Source: Asterionella formosa (Eukaryota). From it: a DNA stretch of 64,000 nt. The notes beneath the pieces were generated by a model, which saw only the letters and a list, made by a program, of their open reading frames with translations, was not told where the DNA came from and did not search any database. The stretch is taken from positions 1 through 64,000 of the forward strand of contig NKIB01012566.1 in assembly GCA_002256025.1 (NCBI GenBank). The letters run 5' to 3'. Below are positions 51,453-64,000 of this stretch, piece after piece (position 1 is the stretch's first letter; each line of letters opens with the position of its first letter). A program made the position numbers and the translations under genes.

Positions 51453-51907
51453 TTCTATAACATCATAATATCTACGTAGTTAGTAGTATTGTAAGCAGAA
51501 CCTCAATTTTATTTGTTTCTTCAGATTCGTGTGAACATGTCCTTTCTTGAAAGCTCACGGAAATCAAATTCCATGTCATAACATGATACTTCAATACTCC
51601 TTAGACTGTTTCCAATCCGCGTTGTTCACAAATCTCGTACTCTCCAATCTCGAACGTGTCGCCATGGGCGAATACAACTCAAGATCGTAGTAGGTCAGCC
51701 TCTTCACTTCGAAAGTGAGACTGACAGATTGTTGAGGCAGATTAATTCATCGAAATTTACAACATAAGCTCTACGCTATAAAGGTACACTTTCTGCTCAA
51801 ATTTGAGCTTTGATATTGATTAGATCGCACCCTATATAGGCAATGAAGGTTTTTCCATCAGCAACCGCCCTTTGACGAAGGGCTTGATTTGGTCGGTGCC
51901 GTCGTAC

Positions 51908-52351
51908 TTATGAGGGCGGGAGAATTGGCGTGGAATCTTGCTCGTCATTTGTCTTCTCATCGCATCGGCTCCCCATAGATCCAGTGGACGCTAACAGTCT
52001 GAGAGAAGCAGTCCTGTCAATGACAAGTTTCTGACGTTTGTACGCCTCTGCGTGGGTCGACCCTTTCTCTTTGAGCATTCTGTACACTATTCCCTCCTCC
52101 ACCTTTCGAGGGGTCTGCGTTGTTGATATCACTAATCGTTCGCGTCCGCAGAGAAGGGTCGAAACGTAGGGTCTGGGCCTGGCTCGCAGTTCATAGGACC
52201 AATCACTGTCGATAGAGCTCATTGAATTGTTTGAGCCCTTCATATAGGACAGGTTTTTGGTACCGCGATGCTGGTCGCACGTTTGCTTAGGTGGCAGCTC
52301 AAAGGATAATTCACTGTCAATCGAACTTATTGAATTGTCAAAGCTCTTCAT
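51908..52351 (-). CDS. Hypothetical protein, 147 aa, with a duplicated motif
   Basis: ATG-started ORF containing NSISSIDSELSFEL and NSMSSIDSDWSYEL. Confidence 0.55.
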   Translation of the reverse strand: MKSFDNSISSIDSELSFELPPKQTCDQHRGTKNLSYMKGSNNSMSSIDSDWSYELRARPRPYVSTLLCGRERLVISTTQTPRKVEEGIVYRMLKEKGSTHAEAYKRQKLVIDRTASLRLLASTGSMGSRCDEKTNDEQDSTPILPPS

Positions 52352-52886
52352 ATTCAGGAAGTGTTGCAGTTAAAGACGAAGCATCAATGGTGTGGCAGAA
52401 GTTGAATAAAAATCTCTCGATTTTATGACATGTGAATACCTGTATACCGTATAGCTTTAGTCGAAATACTCGGTATCTGGTACCCGTACTGCCTTTCACA
52501 ATCGCACAGCAACTTCCGTGACCAAGACTTTTTGGTTTTATTTTATGTCAATACATAAGTGAAAACGTTGTATCCTTTACCGTATACAAAAATTTATAAG
52601 CAACTGTGGGTATTTCCAGCTGGTGTGAACTCATAAAACAGAAGGGTGGGGATTTCGAACAGTAACAACCGAGCAAAAATCTCTATCATGTACGACATCG
52701 GTAAAGACGTGTTGAACCATCTGTTTCTTTCGGGGCCTCCCTATGTACTTCCCAATTAGTATTACCAGGTTCCTGGTACCAGTACAGTATGTGGTGCACG
52801 TACACAGCGTTCACAAAATCGGTATCATATTGCATTCCGCAAAGAATCAATTTCACCACGTCAGTCCCAGAGAGTGGTACCAGGTA

Positions 52887-52986
52887 CCTTCAAGTTGGGT
52901 GCGGAAATTTTGCTGAAACTAAAGATTTAGCTATCTTTATCCCAGATTTAAATGTTAGTTCGAGCAAAATGACCGCAGCTTGCTGG
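52887..52986. mobile_element. Mini-MITE family C copy 2
   Basis: TA flanks. Shares ACTAAAGATTTAGCT and AGCAAAATGACCGCA with 11062-11157. Confidence 0.82.
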
Positions 52987-53749
52987 TACACTGGCGGTAC
53001 TGGCTTTACTGTACTAAATTAAAGCACGTTTCGACACCAAGTGCGGTAGACTCCCGTGCCTTGTAGTGGTATATACTACAGTGAAAAACACATGTTAGCG
53101 GGGCCTCAACGGGGTTGCAACGACAAGGCCGACAAGAGGAAGAATACCGGTAGTGTAATCCTACAGCAGCACGTGACTTAAGGTGCCTTGCATAGCTGTA
53201 CATATGTTGATTACTTAATTAGTATCAGCAACTGCTCGAAACGGCGAGGTCGTCGAATGCAGAATGACTGTACATTTCTCTACAGTCGTTGTCAATCATC
53301 ATCATAGGATTCAATCACACATGATGGCACCATGTACTAGCAGTACTGCGTAAAGGGAAGCAAGTACAGTTGGATTTACTAGCCTTCTTGTACTCACTAA
53401 TTTGAATGCTTTACTCACCTCTCAGCCACATAAAAGACTCTTGCTTTGTTTCAACCCTCCAAATTCATTGTTGTTCTTATTCTTGGATTATGATTGGTGG
53501 ATGAACAGGAGATTTTTAGTTGAATGTCTTTTTCTGTACATAGTACAATACAGAAAATTTCAGACTTATTTCATATTTTGGAGTACATATTCTTATACTG
53601 GTAGCCTACTTGATGGTATTGTGTCCATGATGGCATGGATGAATTGGTTAGTTGAACGTACTGCTGGTAGACACTTGCTTTACTTGTACTCTTGTAATAC
53701 TATGCAAGGTTATTTTCTTTGGAACAGAGACAAGGGAAACTAACCAGTA

Positions 53750-55373
53750 CCAGCAAGTTGTGGTAATTTTGCTGTCATTGCTCACAATCTCAGCAATATC
53801 AAATGTAGTTGCACCTTTGACCCAATACTTCGTGTAATATGCTGGCCAACGCATAATGCCATTTAATTTTCATTCGAAACATGATTTTGAAAACGAATTT
53901 AAGCTATATGATCATTTTGGCAGATGAGGAAGTAAACTCAACTTAAATTGGGTAAACTTAACTTTGGGTCACTGGGTCATTACTCGATTCAAGTAAAGTT
54001 TACTTTATCTGCTAAATCAAAAACATTCTGCTATATCTTCCAAAGTTATCAAAACATCCAATATTAATCTACTGGTACTACTGGTAATGTCTTAATCAGG
54101 AAAATGAAGTGAGGTTGCCAATACTGATGAGAGGCACGTAATTGGATTATGTAGTATCTCTCATTAGTTGGAATATACAGCAGGTCCTACATATGGCTGG
54201 AGGCAAATTCCAGAAACACTGGGTAGCCTTGCATAGGCCAATTATTTCAATAAACCGATCACCATGGCACTCACAGCATGTGATTGCTTTTCTCTTGTTG
54301 TCGTTGCGATTAGCCCCTTCAAGGCCCGGTTATAGCATTATCTTTTTCCAGATGCATAGGAACTTCTCCTTAAAGGGGCTGCTGCACATTATGGCATAAG
54401 TATTGGCATGCTTCAAAATTGTCAGCGCTGATACCTGCATATACGACTACGGTACACAAATTGCCAGTATCGATACAATCAATCAATTATCAACTTATTT
54501 CACATCTTTTACTTCAATAATCATGTTATTGTATTATTCGCAATATTGTCTTTTGTGCAAGTAACTGTCTAGTGGCAAATCTGCTCCAACCATTTTCGTT
54601 TTCAAAATTGTTCATTTCTAAATGAAATGAAAAATGCGCCATCGACGACTTCAATTTTCGTTGTCAACAATATTAGTTTTATTGAAATAATTCATTTATA
54701 ATTGTTCTGTCTATGTCTTGCTTGATAGATGTGCAAAATGGGACATCGTTGTACTTAACATTTTTGGAGATAATCGCTATTTTTGTCATGGTCAAGGCTG
54801 AGACGACATAATGAAGGATTCTCCAGCAACTTGCTACGACTACTGGTAAAGTCTGGCGTTTTCTCTATATATAAACAAATCGCATAATCTCAGCTAAATA
54901 ATTATTTACCAGCTCGTATGTCGACTACCTACTGTACTCTGAGCTTGAATCCAGACAAACCCCATGTGAGATATCCGGGTCCTATGTGCCCAACGTGATG
55001 GGTTTGCTTTTCATGATTCATGGCATAATTTTTAATAATATTTTAAGCTCTAAATATGATCATTTTGGCAGATGTTGTAAAATGTTTTGATTTGGCAGAT
55101 AAAGTAAACTTTACTTGAGCAAATCGAGTAAAGTTTACTTTGGCTGGTTCATTGGGTCATTTCTCGATTCAAGTAAAGTTTACTTTATATGCCAAATCAA
55201 AAACATTTTTCTGTATCTGCCGGTGATCATATTTATAGCAAAAGTGAAGGCGTGCCAACTCGAAAGCGTTAACATTTAAGCCTTGGTATTTTATATAGGT
55301 TCACTTCGGTAATCATATACATATCAGACAATTGCCATGTGGCCAGTCAAGCAAAATGACCGCAATTCGCAGG
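53750..55373. mobile_element. 1.6-kb non-autonomous family C element with internal foldback repeats
   Basis: TA|CCAGCAAGTTGTGGTAATTTTGCT ... AGCAAAATGACCGCAATTCGCAGG|TA (19/24). Segments 53900-54050 and 55050-55236 are homologous. Confidence 0.75.
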
Positions 55374-56988
55374 TACCTGGTACCATAATAACTACCACGA
55401 CTTTACCTGGCTTAATGCTCAAGAACTAGCATCCGGAATTTTCTTTCCCCACCACCAAAATGATAAAAAATATTTGCACGCAAGTTGAACGAAGAAATAG
55501 ATACCACTCCCTCTGGTCGAAAATAGCTGTGGTGATTTGCAGTGACTCAAGTGCCAAGCAGCTTATTTTTAGGAGGGATTACATAGAAAACATACCATTT
55601 TCTACGTGAAGATTGGCTTACTTGAAAACTTAAGTATGAACTCACAATTGCTAATAAAATTATTAGAATCTAAATAAATTACTCGAAATCAATTTAACAT
55701 ACATATATTCATTTGGTACATGTACATATCGCCAAATGCCGTTTTATTTCCGCTGGCCACTCAAAAATTTGCTCGAAACCGAATCAAGCATGTCACCTTC
55801 AAAATTACTACATGACTAGAATCACAGTAATTCCAAATACTTTCTATGGTTGTTACATGGATACTTAATTGTTCCAATCATTAAAACGAGCATACTATGA
55901 TCATTTTCGTCCTTCCCATCAACAACACTTTTGCAGTTGCGCATTCCATAATTGAACACAAGTTGCCGTTGTTCTAGCTACTGTTATATCGAACTATATA
56001 TTTATGTAGAGAATTGATTGTTAGAAGAGGAATAGGTCCTCAAGCATCTACATTTTGCTCAAGATGGGCAAAAGTGAAAATCGAAAGAAGAAGTACCACA
56101 ACGTTTTCTTTTAAATGTTGTTGCCCATTTTAATCTTTCGATATATGTTATTATAAATGGATCTGTAGCTTAGGGCAAGCCGCACAATACTGCCATTAAG
56201 CTCCTGGAGAAAATCGTAGGCATCGACATGAACCCGTTGAAATTCAAAGAATCACCGCAACTATTCTCGCCCAGACAATGCAGAAATCTTGTGCCTACTA
56301 CTAGTATCATGCAGTCCACCCACGTCAAGACCAATGAACTGTAACAATAACAAAATATTCCATTACTACCATCACTGTTCTAGTAGAACTCAATCTGACT
56401 GCTCTTCATGTGAAACGGACTTTGTTCCTGATAGCAGCCATCATGTATGTTGCTTCAAATGCATGATGCATTTACTGTTTCATTAATTCTATGGTACAAA
56501 GAGATCTTCATTGAATGCATTAATTCATTGGCACTCTCTAAGAATATGCTATATATTTTATTTACCAACTATACCTTTTTCGTTCTTCCTCACCTGCTGC
56601 CATATACACAGCTATAGTAATACTTTAAGTAACAAAAAGAAAAAGAATAAATAAATTCCAAAACTTGACAACCCCAAATTGCTGTTTCATTTAGGTTTCC
56701 TGTTTGCTTGCCCCATAAAAGCTTTTGTATGTATATTTATTACAGGAATGACCGGTATTTATGGTATCATGATTACACTCGCATTCATCCTGTGTGTTCC
56801 GGTATGTTTGCTTCTTTGATTATGCATACAGTGTACGGTACGCTATAAACATCGATCATATGGTAAAGCTACAATAATAACCTATTGTAGTCAACAAATA
56901 ATGCGACAAGGTCGAAGCCTATTGTAATACAGTGCATTGATTCCCAACAGTGGCGAAGTTGTAGAGCAAGCAACGATTGCCATACTTG

Positions 56989-59900
56989 ATGCAACACAGA
57001 GGAGGAAGCCGCGTCGTCGGCGAGAAGCGTCGAGAGTCCCTTGACGACAATTTGGCGGCACTGCAGCAGCAAGATGAAATGCTGTCCGATGACGACAATG
57101 CGGCTCCTGATATCCAACCAGATTCAGAAGAAAAGGAGGACCCGCTCATTCTGGCAATGGAAGACCTGGAAGGTCGTGTAGTCAATTCGTTGGACGACGT
57201 CAAGATGCATCCAGGCGTCAGATCTTCCGATGGACCCACCGTTCACGACGAGCTTGCAACCTTACTTCGCCCCGTTATTGAAGTAGCGGCTCATACTGGT
57301 CCTTCTGTGGCTCGGACATATTATTCACCTCTAGGAGTAGCAGGAGAAGGAATTGAAGCGAGCTGTCAAGATGTTTATGAGAGACTCGTTTCAGATCTGG
57401 TTCTGCCAGTCATGCTTGAGATGGCTCAGTCGGACACAATTCCAGCGAAAAGGGTGGCTTCGCTCGAATTTTTTCATGGCTTTTGGAAAGAAATTCAGAA
57501 GGCGGGTAGTTGGTTAGATAATACGTCAACCGGTCCGTCTGCTGGACCGTATGGTTCTGGAGGTGGTGGACATTCATCGATAGTGAACACTCCTGCGATG
57601 CGTGCTCAAGAAGCGAGACGAAAGGCTAAGCGCCTTGCAAGGGAAGGCGAGATTCTGAGATATTGGGTCCAAGCTTCCATCGCATGTACGCTCCCGGGCG
57701 CATTTACTTCATCGATGGCGGAAGATAGTGTCGCATCGCGTGGTGTCATTGCTGCGTCGGCGTCGCTTCGACCCAGTCTCAGACATCTTGCTCAGCGAAT
57801 TGAGGACGCCGATGATCGTGGCGCTAATCGTGTCTATGGCCCTGTAATGAAGATGGTGGAAGGAGTTATGAAAAAATTGTTTGTGAAAGGCGCTGACACA
57901 GGCGAGTCACTAAGAAGCGCTTGTATCAAGTTCCTAGAAATAGTTGTCCTGTGTTGCTCAAGCAAGGGTCAGGAACAAGGTGACAAAAGGAAACGAGTCC
58001 ATTCGAATGTAAGTCCAGCAATCAAATATGAACTCAAATATGAATCAGAACAAGATAGACTCACTTGATTCTGCTTTGGCCCTTCCAGACAACGGAGGAC
58101 TTTGCACTCGAGGATTTGCCACCTGGTCATCCAATAATCACACGAGAAGCTCTAGAATCTATCGCTGAATACGCTTTCACTGCACTACGAGGATTTGTTC
58201 TGATGGGAGGCCAAGTAAAGATTGACGAAAATTTCATGTCACAAGAGAGCAGTGGATCACCATCTTCACAAGTTGTCTCTATCCTCAAGCCTGCGGCCCT
58301 CGCCTTCTTGGCTCTAGAATCGTCGGTTTCAATCGGAGAGCAAGAAATCGAATTTAACGTCGATCGATTGAATATCGATATGGAGTTTTCTCTTGGTCAT
58401 AAATCCTACGCTCTAACAATCAACGCTGTTTCGTTGTTGGCCGCTTATCGTCCAATGTTCTACAAAGAAGCGGCTACATGTCTGGCACGACGGGCAGTAG
58501 ATCCTCCTCCCGGAAGCGCAGTTCTGGGAAAGGCAGCATCCTTGGCGATTTCTGCGCATTTGCGGGCATCATGTCTAACTTTACTGAGAAATGCGCTCTC
58601 TGTATCAACGCATGGTCACGTTATTCTCCACAAAGCCCTTTCTAAGCTTGATATGAGCATGCAGGCTGACAAAGCGCTGAAAATGGCGACACAAACTGCT
58701 GCATTGAAAACTGCTGGTCGCGCAGCTCGTAACCGTGCAGCCATGTTTTACGAGTGGGACGATAGCGAGGATAAACGCACTAATAAGCGTCAACGAGAGA
58801 CCGATGATGCATTGGCAAAGATGCGAGCGGCAAAGGCTGCAAAAGGCTTGGGAAATGGAATTCAGCTTCCTGCGAGCATGGTGGATTGCGTTGAGCTCAT
58901 ATTGCTTAATCTTTCACACTTACCATCCAAGAGACCTAGTGGTGGGGCAGCGAAGAACCGAAAGCGTCCTATGACATTTGATTACGTTGTCGACGCTGTC
59001 ATGACGAACGGAGCCTCGTTATCCGAAGAGGATGGTCAATGGTATGAACGCGACGGGGGCAGTGCATGGACAGTGGACTTGAGCATTGATAGGAAGTATC
59101 AATTGGAGGGGAAGACCTTGTTGGCAGGTGAAATTGAACATGACAAGGACAAGGCAAGCCAGCTTGATGCGAATTCTGCCGAGAATATGCCAAAAGTTTT
59201 TCAACGACAATGCCAGACTGCCGCGTCGCAAGCCATGAGCAGAATCGTCCATACCTCAAGCCATGCTAGGGATCAAGGGATGGCCGAGTTTGGGAGCAAG
59301 ATTGCTGCACGGCTGTCGTGGACGCTTAAGTACGTGACTCCAACAAGCGACTTGAAGGACGCAAACTTGATGGCGTCCGAAAGTGTTATACAGCTTTCAA
59401 CGAAGATGGAACTACTAGAATCAGAAGGACAAGCCCTTTCTACCTTCGTCAATACGTTCCCTCTAGTGTCTGCGTGCCTCTCACTCGATGTTACGGACAC
59501 CTTTAGGGCTAAAAATGGTGGGCCCTCGTCAACGGCATCTTCCGCTCTTGTTAACAGTGTTTTGAATGAAGGATATATGGCATCATGCAAAATGGGTGTT
59601 GACAACGATCCTGCCGATACAACTTTCTACAAAGACGCACTTGATGTATTTGTAGCTTCTACTGTTCATGCGAGCTATCGAGCCAATGAGAAACCAAACG
59701 ACAATGAACGCAAACATGCAGCTGCACACGGTGCAACCACGCTTTCGCATCAGCTGTCAGTCCTTCCCGCGTTGACACCTTCGTCACTTCGTCTGCTTTG
59801 TGGACTTTGCGACACTGATGAAATTACGAGGAAGGCTTCTGAATCGTCGAGAAAGACATCGCAGCAAAGTATTGCGGCATCCGCAGCTATCCATGCTGCC

Positions 59901-61229
59901 AAGGTAGCCGCCGAAAAACGAGCAACTGCAGCTCTGATTGCTCTTCGAGATGTGGCGTTCCAGAGAACGAAGGCGAGTATCAGAAAAGTCGCTGTAGAGT
60001 GTGCCGTTGGCGTCGCTGGAGGTCGCTACCCTGCTAGTCCGAGTGTCGAGGACAAGGCACTGAAACTTGTTATTAATGTACTCTTTCCCAAATCTGACAT
60101 ACTTGCCGCAATGGTCCTTGAAGCAGCAAAAAACGAGCTCAGTAATGCGGCTCAGTATGCCATTGATAATCATGACGCAATCCGCCAAGCCAATACTGAG
60201 GCCGAAGAGGCTGGAAAGAGGAATCCCTTGGGTCCAGCCAGTGATATCGAAAAGGCCGCAATGGAGCATGTGAAGAAACCCACAGTATTATTTATGGCAT
60301 TATGTGTACGCCGACCTGACATGATTAAAACGCTAATGAGCACAAGTTGCCAGCAGAACGCTGGAGTGTTGTCGAAAGCAGTTCGAGCGAATATGCCGAA
60401 ATTGGCCAGGGCTGTCGCAACAAAGCACGGAGCGGCAACAATAGCTCTTGAGGTTGCATCAATGGCAGATCAGAATGAAATTCCAATGGTACTTGCTTTT
60501 TTGGAGAATCTCACCCTTGACAAGTCTTTGCCACCCGAAGAATTGGTTGAGGCATGTCACAAGATCCAGGAATCCAAATTGACACAGGAGGGGAAGAAGG
60601 ATCCTCGTTTTATAATTCCTGTCGTCGCCAGCATGAAGCGATTCCACTTGGTAGAGAAGCTACCAGAATTTATGGCTGCCGACGATAATATCTTTATGGC
60701 TGCATTGGTACGAATGGGAGACCGAGTTACTCGTCAGGCCTTGCTCTTCCGGGATGAACCTGACCATGAAATTCCGATCTTGACTGGGATGACACTCTGC
60801 GAGCAGTTGGTCTTTTTGCATCGGATGGATTTTATAGCTGTTGGTATTCCACAAAAGCGCTACTTGACTGCGATTCGCAATTGCTTGGAAGACGACACCG
60901 TCTTCACCGACCGTGTTGTAATGGCTGCCATGGACTACATCAGTGGTGTTTTTCTCAGTGAGAAGGTCGAGTTGCCGTTGGCATATATGCGTACCATCAT
61001 GCTGGTCTGTAGCAAGCACGAGTCCTTGCATAGCTGGATTTGTCATGTGTTACTCCCTAGATTAGTTGAGGGCGAAGTGTATCAAGATCGAAGACAGTGG
61101 GAGGGATGGATGCGATGCGCAAGGATGCTGGAAAAGCCCGGTGAAAGTGGCGTCAGTAGCCGTGATGCGATCCGGCAGCTCCCTCAAGAACAGCTCCAAA
61201 TCTATAGGGCAAAGTATCCAAATGAATAA
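56989..61229 (+). CDS. SYMPK: Symplekin (3'-end processing scaffold); join(56989..58008, 58089..61229), about 1386 aa
   Basis: CIKFLEIVVLCCS and FALEDLPPGHP in the N-domain. C-domain DPRFIIPV...LPLAYMRTIML...LLPRLV...QWEGWMRC. One GT-AG intron. Confidence 0.9.
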
Positions 61230-61575
61230 GTCACTGTCTTTATTTATTCGCCGTTTACACTTTCTATTTAGGCTCGTTTTAAGACACGAAGCTATTTGAT
61301 ATTAAGTCTTGTAATCGTCTCTTACCGAAGACAAGCCACCAATATAATAACAGTCACAACAAGTGCAAAATCAGTTTCGTCTATTGTACAATAAAGAAGC
61401 TTCACACCTATCTGGTAAGTAATACAATTGGTTCAGACGATTCGTTTCGAGAAATACACATAGTCGCCAACACACAGATATGAAAGGCTGCCAAAATATT
61501 TTCTGGTTCCCAAATGGCCACTTTCGGCATCGATGAGAACGTGAATCGACAAGAAATTTGCCACCGCGTGGACAG

Positions 61576-62505
61576 TTAATTTGTATTCGAGGACAAAACA
61601 AGCTTCTCTTTGGGTGTGGGTGGCGGCTCATTGGAAAAGTAAGGATGACTCAAGGCTTCGCTTGCAGACAAACGCTTGTTGGGATCCAATATCAATAAAG
61701 ATCGCAGGAGCGAAATGGCATCTTTGGGAGCTGCAGTGAATATCTCATCAAAAGGTATTGGTGGAGTATCATCCCAAAGCAACCCTCTAGCAGGAAGCGG
61801 TAAGGCCGTATGGTCTGGCCAGTTGGTTTCGGTCGGTGTCCCAAAGACAGTAAAAATAGTTTCGAGTTGGGATAAGTCGCTATCAACTTTGGATTGCAAA
61901 AAAGGACGTCGTAGCAAGAGTTCCGCGAATATACACCCCACACTCCATATGTCGGCGGCATCTGAGTATTCGAAGGCTCCAAGGAGAAGTTCCGGTGGTT
62001 TGTACCAGAGTGTAATGGCTTGGGGACTCATGCGTGTTTTTGGTGTTCCGTACATGCGCGCTAGACCGAAATCGCCCAATTTCATTGTTCCGTCTTTTAG
62101 GAACAAGAGATTGTCAGGCTTAAGATCCCTGTGGAGAATCCAACGTTCGTGGCAAGCAGCTACTGCAATCATGAGAGTCAAGATATGCTGCTTAATATCA
62201 GCCAGCCCGAGTGGAATGGCCCTATCTTTGATTATTTTTTCGAGATCGGTGTAGGCACATTCATAGACCAAGCAGACGGCCTGGTCCGGTGTGGTAAATA
62301 CATCGACAAGTTCAATTATATTGTCATGCTTGAATTCTCTCAGCAGCTTTATTTCTCGAATGGCTGTAAAATTGACTCCTTCTTCGTCTGATTTACTTTT
62401 AATTTTCTTAATGGCCACTACTCGGCCAGTCTTCCTTTGTTCCGCCATGTGCACCACTCCAAAGGTGCCCTGGCCTAAGGCTTTGATCACTTTGTAGTTT
62501 TCCAT
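61576..62505 (-). CDS. CDK7: CDK7/CDKD-type cyclin-dependent kinase (CAK/TFIIH)
   Basis: GQGTFG, NFTAIREIKLL (CDK7 signature helix), HRDLKPDN and DFGLAR. Confidence 0.9.
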   Translation of the reverse strand: MENYKVIKALGQGTFGVVHMAEQRKTGRVVAIKKIKSKSDEEGVNFTAIREIKLLREFKHDNIIELVDVFTTPDQAVCLVYECAYTDLEKIIKDRAIPLGLADIKQHILTLMIAVAACHERWILHRDLKPDNLLFLKDGTMKLGDFGLARMYGTPKTRMSPQAITLWYKPPELLLGAFEYSDAADIWSVGCIFAELLLRRPFLQSKVDSDLSQLETIFTVFGTPTETNWPDHTALPLPARGLLWDDTPPIPFDEIFTAAPKDAISLLRSLLILDPNKRLSASEALSHPYFSNEPPPTPKEKLVLSSNTN

Positions 62506-64000
62506 TATCGTTTTCGTTTTATAGTGTATACCGGTGCATAACTGAACCAGGATCTGTTCATCAAAATGAGAGCACCTACCGGTAAAATAGCTAAATAGAC
62601 ATGTCAGTACAGCAGTATTCCGTAAGTAATATATTCAAATGATGCTGCTTTTATCAATAATTTGCTATCTTCGTCAAGAACTCACGGAGTACTGTATTGT
62701 TAAAAGGTCTCGTACTCTTTCCCGTCTGACGGGTTCCTCTTACGTAGGACTTACCTGTTATCCACTAATATTGTTTTCTTCTTTCTGCTGCTAGCCTTCG
62801 TGCTAGTTTTCGCTATTGACCTTACTCTGTCAATTCTCACTGTTTCTTAATTATAAGCTTAAACTAAAACTAAGTTTCAATCCCATTCATCACACTTCGA
62901 GAACCTGTTCTTCGTGTTCCCTTTTCGTTGATGTAAACCTTCTTCTGATTGATCTAAGACATCAATCTCGTTAGCAAGCTTCTTGACATGGGAACGCACC
63001 ATTTGACTCATTGGACTATAGTTGAGTCCACAGTCCTTGTGACTCATTATAGCCATTGATTGATGCAATATTCTTGACACTGTATTACAGCCCGTCATCT
63101 AATATGTATATCTGTACCGGTATGTATGTGTGATCATCTGATATCTATGTATGTATGGTTATGTTACCAGGTACTACCAGTTTAATTACTCCCTGTGGCA
63201 TGTTAGTGTCCAAACCATCATCAACAAGGAATGGAGGACACAAGAAGCACATTGATGAATGTAAACATCCTGTCTGATGATTTTGTGATCAGATTACTTG
63301 AGGCAGCATTGTGCTGGGCAATTGGGGTGGGGGACAATCTATGTGGCATGCATCAGCATGTTGTATTGCTGGTGGGAACAGCTGAACAATTGGAAGAAAA
63401 TGAGGCTGGTTGTTTTCTAGGTAGATTTATTATAACTGCGAAGTTGTTAATGAAAAATTTAAGTTGGTGTCAATGTTGTCCTTCCAACAAGCTAGATGGG
63501 AGGCATGGAACCTGCAGCATGCTGCTGGTTTTCCTGATTTTTTAAGCCAACCACAACATACAGGCCCACGAGTGGCAGTTGGCAACTTGTTTGGTGTGCT
63601 GGTGGTAGAACCAATCCAGGTAAGTTATAATGATGACTTTACATAGGACATGCCTACAACACAGCAAATGCTTTCAACAATGTTGGACAAAAATCTTGGC
63701 TTGAACTTGGTGTGTGTCCATAATTAGAACTGTCTATACAATGGCCAAGGCAGACTCTATCATATGTATGATTGGTTCAGCAGGGGGGGTTGATGGTTTC
63801 ATCAGCATGCATATGTATGAAAGTTTTTCTGTGCATACATATTATACAGTGTCCTTGGAGGAAATGGCTTAGTTGGTTGAGCACATTGCCTTTGATCTTA
63901 AGTTTTCTGTGGTTCGATTCTCTCATTTTTTTTGAGAAGCAATTGTTGAGTTCGACTCCCACCCTCCTTACAGTCACACATGGTCTTGCCTGGTGTACAA

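Noticed and set aside
37621..62505. Functional RNA-processing cluster (SKI2, symplekin, CDK7)
   Set aside because: Unrelated genes and TEs intervene, and there is no evidence beyond chance adjacency.
62877..64000. Short ORFs in the terminal CpG-poor segment
   Set aside because: No recognisable motif. Probably decayed repeat DNA, family not assignable.
1..64000. tRNA, rRNA or snRNA genes
   Set aside because: None recognised by eye; a covariance-model scan would be needed to exclude them.

Overview
Eukaryotic nuclear DNA with short (about 60-95 bp) GT-AG introns. Gene style and transposon types suggest a diatom or other stramenopile, which is an inference. Intact host genes: a HOP2/TBPIP-like protein with a long N-terminal extension, a divergent MsrA, an EF-hand/PX-domain protein, a SKI2 helicase, a PhyH-type 2OG-Fe(II) dioxygenase, symplekin, a CDK7-type kinase and two unknown proteins. 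A PRA1-family gene carries an in-frame TGA next to an assembly gap, and there is a decayed BUD31 copy. Genes alternate with mobile-DNA islands: an unlisted, intact 484-codon ORF running off the left edge (probably a retroelement ORF1, with a telomere-like motif upstream), a Kolobok cluster, a Plavaka-type transposase region, and several TA-targeting TIR families ending CCAG...CTGG, including a three-level nest. The most distinctive pattern is the dense GGTACC / TACC(A/T)GGTA / TACCGGTA micro-arrays. These match what repeated insertion and excision of the CCAG...CTGG elements would leave, and they sit just upstream of many genes. All alignments were done by eye and no database searches were run.
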